DNA of 64,000 nucleotides, from positions 7,089,566 to 7,153,565 of the forward strand of contig NW_003526943.1 of assembly GCF_000181795.1 (NCBI RefSeq), read 5' to 3'. Positions 53,096 through 64,000 of the stretch are shown here, one piece after another. Each line of letters begins with the position of its first letter. Position 1 is the stretch's first letter. A program made the position numbers and the translations under genes. This DNA is from Trichinella spiralis (lineage: Eukaryota). Below the pieces are notes generated by a model. It ran no database searches. It had not been told where the DNA came from and saw nothing but the letters and a program-made list of their open reading frames with translations.

Positions 53096-54659
53096 TTGAC
53101 ATTACGGTAACGGCACTGTGTATGCTATAGGGGAAGGTTCCAATAAGTACCACTTTTATCAAATATGATCCTCACGCACTCGAATTTGGTTATGCCGTAA
53201 AATCTTTGTAGTATTGATTTTCACGTTCATTTAGCCGTCACGTCTTTGTCGTATAGGTATTCCTTGTCTAATTGCTCAGTGATAGTCTTTGTCGCAGTGA
53301 TGTGTTTTGTCTACTTGCTCATTAATTCAAACTCTTCAGTTGTGATTAAGATTTGACGGTTCAATAAAATAGCGTGGGTAATGACCAATGAGAGAAAAGC
53401 GGGACCGAGTAGTACCAAACCGTAAAATTTTGGTGACTTGTGTAGTGATCTTTGGTCACGTCATGTGCCAGTTGTTTTTTACCATTTCGGTCATTTTATT
53501 GAGTTACGATCTTGGTTTCATTGTTTTTTTGCCCACCCGTTTGAGTTTGCCCTGAATAAACAGTGTGAACAATCAACTTAGTTTTGTTGACTCACGTTCG
53601 ATTGTGCAAGGAAGGCAATTGCGTTCGAACAGTTAGAATCACGCCTGAAGAAATCAAAAGTATGTTAGCGACAAAACCGTTGTCGCTTGTAAGCTAGTGG
53701 ACTGTGATTTTTATTCGGCGGCAGGTCAAATCAACAATGATTACCAAACTGCAATCTGAGCTACGTTTGTTTCTGAACGTGACACAAAACAAGACAAATC
53801 AGTCGAAACTGCCTTTACTAAGCGAAGATGAAGGGTTAGGAACAGAACCAAAGACGCAATGATAAGCCACGACACAATAAATGAACACAAATACACGAAA
53901 CAGCGTTACACACTGGCACAATCACTCGCACACTTCCTCGCTAACTCGACCATTACTTCCTCATTCTACAGTAAGTCACCGTAACCTGCGTTCCAGTACA
54001 GGCCATTAGTACAAAGTAATTTCACTAAATTGAAGATAAAGTTGCGCGTCATTGCGTTCGCAACAAATTGAGCAGAAAATAAATTCACTTTTCAAACTGA
54101 CTGTTTATGTTCCAAACGATAGATCGTACCTACCAATCACAAAGTGATGGTGGTCACATTTTCTTATTGGTTATTTATAGTGTTATATTATTGGGCGTGT
54201 GTGGCGTTGTCTTACTGGTTGATTGCCTTCCATACTTTTCTGTTTCAGTAGTCCAAATATTTCCTTTTACTATTTTTCTAGCCTTAGTGCTGGAATTTTT
54301 TACATTTTCAAAATTTTATTACAATTAATGAAGTTTACCATTCATTGAGATCTAATATATTATTTGTTTTGAATTTTATACTTATCAATGATCAATATTT
54401 TCAAAAACAATTTCCTTTATTGTATTACAATGAAGTTATGTGAAGTGTGGCAGCACTAACTTTGCAGAATGTATACCAACAATAGTGGCTTTTGTTTTAG
54501 ATTATTCAATAACAATAACAACTATAGCAATGAACAACACCTTAATTAACAAAATGAAAACAACGAAAAATAAATAATGGAACAAATATAATACAAAATC
54601 ACCACTCAAAAAAGGTATCATTAAATCGACTCAGACGTTGTAAACTACAAATCCTGTAT

Positions 54660-55394
54660 GTTCAAAAACTGGAAGTGGTATCAGCGGACGCGACGGATGT
54701 TTCTTGATCAGTCTTCTTCATAGCATCATTTCTTGGTGAATTTATATCATTTTGAAAGCTCCGCAGGGCAGCTTGCAATGCAATCTTTCTGACTAATCAC
54801 GTTCGTTGCCTCCATAATTCCCAAAATTTTACCCTGGCAGGCTTCTCTATCTTATACCAAAATTGACTAATCTTTGCGTCAGGTTTTGCGTAAATACACT
54901 TCAGTGATATAGTCTTCTTCCCCAAGCTTTGCTGTCGTAAACTGATGCAGCATTTCTTGAACCTGACGTTGCTCACGAAGTCTGCAAAAGTGTTTTGCCT
55001 GATTTTTGTACATGGCTATATATTGCGGAAATGCAATCGGACCTGGCAGAGGCTTCTTTGTCGTAGATGGCAGGGAAGCTTTTTTTCAGAACCGCCTTCT
55101 TCATTTTATAGGTGAGGTGCTCATATACCTGGCAGGTTTCAATGTGATGTTTTTCATTAATCACGGACGTGACTTCTAAATTCATTCACATAGCAGTCTT
55201 CTTTTCTCCATACTTAAATAAAATAATCGTTAATAACAAGGAATAGATTCTTAACATTGAGCACATACTTACGAACATTACCAATATTTCTTCTGCTGAC
55301 CAGTGTATTTCAGCTTATATCCCCTTCCTTCGAAAACAAGGCGCATACTACCGCCACAATTTAGTACAAGACGTAGATCAGACATATCTTCCAT
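54660..55394 (-). mobile_element. Decayed FLYWCH/MULE-type transposase N-terminal remnants (probably two tandem pieces)
   Basis: MEDMSDLRLVLNCGGSMRLVFEGRGYKLKYTGQQKKYW*CS ... NLEVTSVINEKHHIETC.VYEHLTYKMKKAVLKKS.PAIYDKEASA. A second echo follows (ATNVISQKDCIASCP ... DQETSVASAD). Both carry stops and frameshifts. Confidence 0.7.
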
Positions 55395-56961
55395 CATGAG
55401 AATAAGGAACAGAAGAGAAAAAAACTTTCTGTTCTTGAAACTTGAAGTAGTGATCAAGGAAGTAATAAAAGGGATAACTCTGATGTGTTCACCATTCAGT
55501 GGAAATCAGCTCTTGACGGCGTGTTTTTTCTGTAGAGGTCAGCTGCGCAGCACAAAATTTCTTGTCGAACGCGCTCGAAACATGCATCTGCTTCACCAGT
55601 CATTATTCTATCAACATACTCCTCTTCTAACTGTAGCTTCAAGTTGAAGCTGATTCCCAATGAAATGCAATCAATTCGCTGAGATGCTCTTTAACGCCAC
55701 CAAATGCGTTTTTGTGTTGCAGAATTCTACCAATGATGCACCTAGAGAGGAGCGCCAGCCTAAATCTGTGAACCTTTTCGTGATCTCTGTGACTGTGCTC
55801 TTCTCCGTTAACACGCTCCTATTTTCCCCAGGTTGCTGGTTCGAAACCAGCTTGAAGGACCAAAAATGTGATTTCGCGACTGTTTTTTGTATACCACGTT
55901 TCTGGTCAAAGTTTCAGCCGTCGTGTTCTATTTTAGCTCACTCAGCGCGTGCTTAAGCGGACCAAACTTACGGAGTAACAGACGTAGCTTCAACTCTGAT
56001 ACTTGATGCGACAAGCGCCCCACTTTGGCATAAACGGAAAGCGGAAGGAGGCACTTGATTGGTAGGTACCGCTAACTGCCGTTTTGAGCAGTTTCATTTT
56101 AAATTTACACAGCTCCAGTGTGATTTGTATCAACCATTGAATTTCCAAGGTATTTTTGCAGCAAGTTTGGAAAATTGGAGTGGTTTCGTTGTTGACCCTA
56201 GTTTTATGGCTGAATTTGACATAACATTGTGCGGAATGTTTTACCAAAAAAAATGCCCAGCAGAGATGGCTGGAAATTTCTTTGTCTTCGGCACTGCATT
56301 GTTTTATGATCGGATTAAGTGAATTATATATGTATGCGTTTTCTTTTCTTCATCTGAGTCAGGAATCGAAAAACGCAACCTCTGTCTTTTTCGTGTTATT
56401 ATTTGGCTGTAGTGTGTTAATTTGTAGTTGACTTGCTATATAACAGGAAAAATAACAGCCGTATTAATCAGCAGTGAATGCTGCAATTTTCAAATCTACT
56501 GCTTGCAGCTGTTCATAGGCCAACTATTCTGTGTTGAGCAGCCCGAAAGCAATTTTCATAAATTTTCCATGAAAGGAAATTGTCCAAAGGAAAGCTCCTG
56601 AAAAAATCAAACGATTTAATAGTGTCGACCACAAGCTGTTGTAGTTTAAATGGGAGCGGGGTTATTTTTCACTCCCTTGGTAATTCCCAGGTTGAAAGAG
56701 CTCTCTCTAGCCGTGTATTATTTATGTAAACAAGGTTATGATTTGTAGGATGAATAGCAGTAGCGCAAGATACTCTTAATGTCTTATTGTGGGTAAACGT
56801 TCTTCCGTCTTTATACTATTTGTCATAACTACGTTTGAAACGACACATGTGAACGTGAATAAAGAATTCTATTCTTATAATTCAGATATCAGTAACCGCG
56901 TATTTCAAGGGATTCATTAACTATTTTTGCTTCCAAGAAAGCATTATACATATTGGCATAT

Positions 56962-57069
56962 GTCTGTGATCTTGAAACGGCACGAATACCTGCGGTTCAG
57001 GGCTGTCTCTTGGACACGAGGGTAAACTGCTGATTTTTCCACTTCTTCTGAGCGGTACTCTGGAAAGTC
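56962..57069 (+). mobile_element. Decayed MULE transposase catalytic-domain fragment
   Basis: VCDLETARIPAVQGCLLDTRVNC*FFHFF*AVLWKV matches the MULE core pattern D(F/L)E.A...A....P.....GC.FHF.QA...K, with two stops. Confidence 0.7.
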
Positions 57070-58002
57070 GTTGCGCACGTTTTGAAAACTCGATACTACA
57101 AACTGAAATTAAAAGAACAATTAAAAATATAAATGCTGTTGGCCACCATTTTTCTTTTTATAGCAAAAGTTAATATGGGTGTTATTATGCTTGAAATGCT
57201 AGACGCTACGGATGATATCACATCCTTGCTGCAGTACCTCTGGCAGGTGGAATGCTGATGAAAGACTGCTATTTTTGGAATGTGCATAGCATTGTATTAG
57301 GGCCAGTAGTCACTTCATAGGTCCAGCAACGCGTGTAAAGTTTTGAACATTAACATGTGGAAAAACCGTCTTCGTCTCGCTGTTGAATTCACACGAGTCA
57401 GAACTTTTCACCTTTCTCAATTTTACGAACCGCCAAATAACATTTGGCATGCACTCCTTTCCCTCTAAAAACAATTGCTTATGAAATAGAATGCACAATC
57501 TATTCTGCAGAACAGTTTCACTACGCTGCTGAAACCATTTTGTTGCGCAGATTTTGTTTAGCAGTTCAATCTTAAAAATGACATACCACTTATCTATCAA
57601 ATTTTGAGAAATCGTCTTGCAATCTTGCTCACTGTACAGTTATTTTTTTCTCCAGTCCCTTCAATCATTGTGGTTGATACTACTCTATGTCATCTCTGAG
57701 CAGCACTTTAATCTGACAATCTTAGCTGATGATATCAGATAGCTGATAATATAGTTCTGATTTCTGATAAGCAATAACTTCTTGAGCATTTTTATTATTT
57801 CAGTATTTAATTTTAATATTGTGTTGAATAAGATATGCATCACAAGTGTTTTCAATAAGCAACAACCGTACAATTAAGTTTTAAATTGAAATTTTAAAAT
57901 TCACGTTTAAATAAACGTTTAAAATTACACACCAAGTATTGATAGCTTTCATAGAAATGTAATAATTACTTTGTTTAAACTGCTCAAAGTGAACAGTTGT
58001 TC

Positions 58003-58518
58003 ATGGCGTACATTGTTCCAAAATGACAGAAATTGTTTGAAATATTTGACATGATATCACCAATGCAATTAGCAATCAAGACATTTGTTGGAAAGATTTC
58101 TGGTGAAGTTGAAGAAAAAAGTGGTTGAAGTCGTTATGAAGCTGCAAAATTATGGGCAAATGTGACTGTAGTATTTTTGATATTCAGCACCAGTGCATAA
58201 GTGTGGCGCAATTTGATATGTTTCTACTATCCAGCAATGAAAACGATTATGGAGATCGAAGTTGAAGAAAAAATCAATTTTAATCAATGGATGTTTTATT
58301 GGGTTACTTTTGGTTTGTTTGCCATTGGTGATTTTTTTGCTCACTTTATTGGCGACATTTTTCCATTTTATTGGTTGCTAAAATTAACTTTTTTCCTTTG
58401 GCTTTTCATGCAAAGCTGTCGTGGAGCTGAAAAATTGTATGTAAAGCTTGTTAAACTTAGCTGCGATCAACATACAACAGACAATCATATTGGAAATAAA
58501 ACTGCCGACAAAGAATGA
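58003..58518 (+). pseudogene. REEP5/DP1/Yop1 (TB2_DP1_HVA22) family pseudogene, intronless
   Basis: One frame from ATG 58003: ...GEVEEKSG*SRYEAAKLWANVTVVFLIFSTSA*VWRNLICFYYPAMKTIMEIE...QWMFYWVTFG...FPFYWLLKLTFFLWL...GAEKLY. In-frame stops at 58024, 58126 and 58198. Confidence 0.8.
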
Positions 58519-59625
58519 TTATTCCTACTCATATTATTCTGTATTGTAATTCATTTTAACTTGTTATTACTTTAACTTGTAATACATAAACTTAAATTTG
58601 TGAAATTGATATTTATTTTATCTGTTCATTTAATAAAATTATAAATAAATAAAATATCACTAATTTTTTCTCAAATCATTTTATTGTAATCTGTAGACTA
58701 CAATTATTTGAAAATAATAATTCATAATATTTATTAACAGTATTTTATTTCTAGCATTAAATTTTAATGATATTTGTTTAAGTGGAATTTTTTACTATGT
58801 CTATTCTTTCTTGTTTAATTCACAAATGTAAGTTTATGTTATCTACTGCAATATACTATGAATAAAGGCGAAAACTGTATTCGATTATGTGAATTAATCA
58901 GACAACTGATCGCTGAGCAGAGCAACTGAAATTACATTTAAAGCAATTAGAAAACACTAGCAACGATGATTTAGACGGATAAATGAAATAAATTTAGAAA
59001 ATTAATGTCCACTTGAAGAATATACGAGTGAATACATTGGAAATTCTTGACTACCTCATCCGGTTAAGCTTACATAATCGGCTAGAAGCAACCTTTGCAA
59101 AACAGATTATTAGCTGCTTGAGATTAATTTTGACATGCCATGAAGTACCATCCACAATAAAATTTAATAGTTTATATGTATATTTCAGAAAGTTATACAA
59201 CAAAATTTTCATCAAAAATAGCAAATAATTATTTAGCAAAAGAACAATCGTAGATAAATATTTATAGAATAAATAAAATTGGAAAAAGAATTTGACCAAA
59301 ATGAAAACAAAATTTTTAACAGATTTAACAAACACAACACCTACAAACAAGAAATACTGTAAAAGGTTATAACTGCAGGGCAGAGCTGCATATGTGACCA
59401 GTTGTTAAGGTTCACATTATTAATTGCCAGTGGGATTGAAAAAATTGTATGAATGTTAATATGGTCTCTTTTTTGAATGCTCATTTAGAGGAATTCTTAT
59501 TTAATCTTTTGGTAAAAAGGAGGTATCCTTCGCACACTGTAAGCATTCAGGTCCTGACCCCTTTTTGTTATGCACGTTAGACTGCATGACTTTCAACTAC
59601 ATAAACGCAGCGATCAATACGTTGA

Positions 59626-59741
59626 TGTAGAGCAGCACGCATTGCGTTTATATTATGATATTTTCATGAGGCAGCGAGAATCGAACCCTATGAGTTCAGC
59701 ACGTCAAGCTGTATGGCTTACCACCGTGCTACACGCTGCCC
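59626..59741 (-). mobile_element. tRNA-derived SINE-like element / tRNA pseudogene (copy 1)
   Basis: Minus strand: GGCAGCGTGTAGCACGGTGGTAAG (A box) ... CAGC-TTGACGT-GCTG ... AGGGTTCGATTCTC (B box) GCTGCC. The tail ending GCTGCTCTACA is shared with copies at 61.6 kb. Confidence 0.65.
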
Positions 59742-61556
59742 AACGGTTAATATCTTTCAATTCTTAATATAATTACGCAATGCATATTTACTACGAAACA
59801 TTGCATTATTCATAAAATTTTACATATCCAATTTTAGTATTTATATTTTCTTGCATTGCTCTTATGTTCTTTTTAATTTTTGTGAATATTAAATTTTATC
59901 ATTTTTATTTTTAATTCAACAGCAAATATTTTATAAAATTTGACAATTTTATTTTTTTAATGTTTTTTATCATTTTTTATCATGTTAACTGGACTTGTTA
60001 AAAATAGAATGTTTATTGTGACAATTATTTTTTAATCATTAGTTGAAAATGTTCACTTTACATTTAGCAAATATTTACCATCCCAGCTGTACGGAAGAAG
60101 CATAACAATGGGATGACCGATGTCAAAGTAACATTTGATTCTATTGTTATTATAGACAATTTAGACTGTATGAACAATTGTTAGAGCTTGTGTTAAAGAA
60201 CTCCAATTCCTAGTGTTTGAAGTTAAACATTTTTGGCAGGAAAAATACTTCCCGCTTGGCAGAGTTTATTTAATATAAAAGCAGTAACAAGTACTGCCGG
60301 AAGAATTGGCGAAAGGCAAGTAAAACAGTACTGCTGGAAGAATATCTGCAGAATGATCGTTCTCCTTTGCATGTTTGTGATTCAGTAGATAAATTGTTTC
60401 TGTCTGTTTGTTGTATAGCCATTACCAGGGTGATTTCATTCTCAATTGTTACAAACAAGCTACACTAGTGAGCTACATACCAAAAAATTCGGAGCTTCCT
60501 ATTGTTACAAATAAGGCTATTTCTTTTAGAATGTGGTAGAAATCGTTTAGAAAGTACTCTGAATCGAAAAGCGGAATATTTATATTTTGAATTTTGTTCG
60601 AGCATGTGAAAAAGGTTATTAGAGGCGCTTAGGGGCTCATACTGACACCTCATCGTGATAAGTCGACCAAAGAAAGATAAAAAAATGTTGTGAATTATGC
60701 TAGGTGCCGTGCTGCACAGAGCACGTCTACAAAATCTGTCGCAACTGTTATGACAAGCCAACCACCTTCACAAAGAAATAATTTGAAATTCATCAACATG
60801 TCTGTATCAAAAATTAATATTATTATAATAAAGTGTATAGAAGCTTAAAAGTAAAAATTCAGTGACATAAAAATTCATTGACATAAAAGGTGACAAACAG
60901 GCGTTTCGTAGTTGGGGTCATAAGACCAGATCCCAAAATCCAAATAAGTACATCGTCTGAAAAGACCATCTGGGGCATAATAGAGCGTACTGTTGCATCC
61001 TATGCAGCCGCATACCGCTGTTCTAAATATTCTCCTTCAGTGCGAGCATTTCAGGCATTTGTTCATGTTATTTCTTTTTAGCAATTTGTATCATTTCGTT
61101 TTTTCTTCTTAAAGAAATTTTATCATTTAAAAATATTTCATTTTTAGTTTTGATCAGCTGTTGATCAAGTTTTAAAATTTTTTTCAAAATGCTGAAAATG
61201 ATAAGCAATATTTTGATTTAATATATTTTAACAATCAACAATTAATGAAAAGTGATTCGAAACTTTCAGTCATCTAATTTCCTGACCGAGATGTGATACA
61301 TTTGTTCTCTCTATACAGATGTTCGATTTTACTAAATTTATTTCTGTTACATTCAACTGAAAACCCAGCTACTAATGCTTTTTAATTATTGCGCTATTGG
61401 TAGTGCAGCTGCTGGATAAAGCTGTTTATGTGACTGTTTTAAAAAGTGTCTTTCATTCTAAAGAATTAAATAGTACAAGCGCAAAAGAGCGTTGTCCGCT
61501 TACTAGACACAGTGCCGCTGATTCTGCGCTCGTTGAGGCTTCACTATTAGACACGT

Positions 61557-61760
61557 AGCAGCTGTAGAGCAGTGTACGTTCTGATTATATTTTGATATTG
61601 TCAATAGGATATTAGGGATCGAACCCTATTTTTCCTGCATAACAAGCTGTATTACGCTCAGTATACGATCCATAGCAGCTGTAGAGCAGCGTGCGTTGTG
61701 ATTGTAACCTGATATTTTCAGGGGTCAGCAAGGATCGGACCCTATTTCTCCTGTACGATA
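61557..61760 (-). mobile_element. Two tandem degenerate copies (~117-bp period) of the same tRNA-derived repeat
   Basis: Plus strand AGCAGCTGTAGAGCAG...TGATATT(G/T)TCA...GGATCG(A/G)ACCCTATTT starts at 61557 and again at 61674. Colinear with copy 1 (TGTAGAGCAG...TGATATTTTCA...AATCGAACCCTAT). Confidence 0.6.
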
Positions 61761-64000
61761 CTGGCAGGTATTGTGGGTATTGCTTTAAATCAAGTGTAAC
61801 TGGAATAAAGAGCAGCTTCAGTAAAGTAAAATTGAAACCTGTTTACTTTTGATTAACAGTTATTTCTAAATGGAATGTTACGTCCATGGAATTTTTTAAC
61901 AGTTGCATAATTTTTTATCTTTCAAATATTAATTTTAATCAGATACTTAATATTTTAAATTTATGTTTCATTTTGGAAAGTTTAATTATTCATGAAAACT
62001 ATTCAAAATTTTAATTTTTTACATATGATTTGTTTATCATTTTAAATATTTTAATAATCAGCAATTTCTTCTACTACTTAATACTTTTTATTATACAACA
62101 CTAAAGCAATACAATATGTGAAGAAAAATTGAGCCATTATAATAAAAAATGTATAATTTAGTTATTACTTATTATATTATACTAATTATAATTAGTATTA
62201 TGATTTATCAATTAATAAAATCGGTTACACAACATAAAACCTAAATTAAATAACAGTAGAACATGTAATGCTGCACTGTGCTGCAGATTAATTACAGTAC
62301 TATAGACAGTTTAAGAGGTTGAGCAGTTAAATATGCCCAAGTCATGGCCAAAGCTCTGTCCATTGTCGATATATTTGTCAGTATAGCCATTTGTCTGTGG
62401 TTTATTACATAATTTTTATCTGTTTGTATTAAATCAGATTAATCAGTTTCCGGATTGCATTTGCTGAGGTACTATTTTTATTGATTCTTGCTCTGCAGTA
62501 AAGATATATAGCGGTTTTAAAACTTTCTATGGTGTTTTCTGCTATTTTCCTCAGACGATTATTTATTCTAACATTTGCCTGAACAAGATCATCGTTGCTT
62601 TGATGTGTCACGTGCAACTGCTATGCTAAAGGCGATTCTAGTACAAGGAAAAGAAGAACAGCTGCCAATTTTTAGCGGCATCCAGTAACTGCATGTTTTT
62701 CTGATGCAGCAATTGTTGCATTATACAGAAAAAAGCATTGTTTTATAATCACACACAATTACTTGGAATCAGATAACCCAGATTTGTTTTTTTCTTTTTA
62801 TCAGTTCTCTTGGGAGAAATGTAAGGTAAACACTAGCTGAGAATTAATATTAAAACGAATTTTTTACTTTACACAGTAGTTTACATATACGGTTTTCCCC
62901 AAAAGTAGGTAAATGCGCTTTTAAGATAGATTTTATATTTTTGTTTTCAGTGAAGAATAATAATACCGAAATGATAATATCACTACACCAGAGCGTAAAA
63001 AACTCATGCACAGAATTTTGGAAAAGTAATACCTTAAATAACTGCTCTAATGGTAGGATAAAGTCAAAGTTAGCATGAAGGTGGATTATAATTTATAAAA
63101 CAAATTTGCCTTCCAAAGCTGCGATGCGATTTTTTCCTAAAGCAAACTCATCACAGCATGTTGACAATCAGCAAGAAGGAAGTGCTGTCAATTTTATGAA
63201 AACAGTTTTTTCAGTCAAAGATTCTGTTTGTTCATTTTTATGTGCTCTTTGTTTTTTGATGATTATCAGAAAGTAACGAAATCACTTTTGCGATAATTTT
63301 ACCAACGCAACTGTTGTGCTGCCGTTTGTTTTCATAGTAGAAAAAAAATAACAGCTGCATGAATTAGAAATATAGAGATTAACAAGAGATATAAACTATC
63401 AAAAACGAGCAGCAGTGTTCTGCTTGTAATATATGCAACTACTTTTAGAGATGAAGTAAAATAGCAAAAAGAAAATTTAATGAAATTCATCCCTGAATGT
63501 TCTAGGCATTTGTATTCCCAATGCTATGCTTACTGGTCGAGTGTGTAACAAATTTCGACTAATGCTCATAAAAATACTTACGCTTATCTGCAACTTAATC
63601 GGTGCAAGTAACAAATTGCGATCTAAAAAATGTAAGTTTATTATATATTAGCCAAAAAATAGTAGGTTTTGTGTGAAAGTTTTTAGTAAAATTCTCAATT
63701 AAAAATACAACTGAAGCAGCTTTTGCAGAAAGCAAAAGTAATGTTGAAAACTTTTTCCGATGAAATTGCGATGGTTCATTTGCGTATCATGGTGGGGCAG
63801 ACAAAGTGAATTATACAAATAAGACAAACTTTGATATTATCCGATAGGACACAAATGATAAATAAAGCAAATTATAAACATTTGACATGCTTTAATTGTT
63901 GTTCATAATGACTCTGTTCTTGTTCATCACAAAGATAGGTTTTAATTTATGCAAATTTGATGTAAAAATGCTACGCAAACACTGATTTGGCTGACTAACA

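Noticed and set aside
53768..53970. Possible solo LTR on the minus strand (TG...CA, AGTAAA signal)
   Set aside because: No target-site duplication or second copy in the window; a repeat-library search is needed.
59523..59530. GTATCCTT, matching a U12-type 5' splice site
   Set aside because: Not within any identifiable gene, and no clear U12 branch point or acceptor.
61557..61760. Repeat-spacer appearance suggesting CRISPR
   Set aside because: Eukaryotic context, only two degenerate units that are similar along their whole length, and they carry a Pol III B box.
58850..63000. Short ORFs at 59013, 60270-60761 and 62429 resembling decayed coding sequence
   Set aside because: No recognisable motifs or consistent splice structure.

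Overview
AT-rich, intron-containing eukaryotic genomic DNA from a draft assembly with three N-gaps. The short introns, TTTCAG/TTTTAG acceptors, gene content and a FLYWCH/MULE repeat suggest a clade I nematode, probably Trichinella (inference). Bases 1-51 kb are gene-dense. In order they hold two tandem Ig-EGF-TM genes, RPLP2, a two-pore K+ channel with a GC-AG intron, PUS3, ST13/Hip, an unknown Pro/Ser/Arg-rich protein with decamer repeats, TM2D3, POLK, coronin, PAIP1, WSB, RPLP1, a small RBBP6-type zinc-knuckle gene missing from the ORF track, and a divergent dynein light chain. A 4.55-kb ST13 intron hosts an antisense sarcalumenin-like gene, apparently spliced to a tail of CPKYRxSC repeats. 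A structured GC-rich island at about 46.0-46.3 kb is an unexplained candidate ncRNA. Bases 52-64 kb are gene-poor, with gaps, decayed MULE transposase remnants, a REEP/DP1 pseudogene and three copies of a tRNA-derived SINE-like repeat. Gene models were built by hand from splice signals and reading-frame phase; family calls rest on recognised motifs, not database searches.
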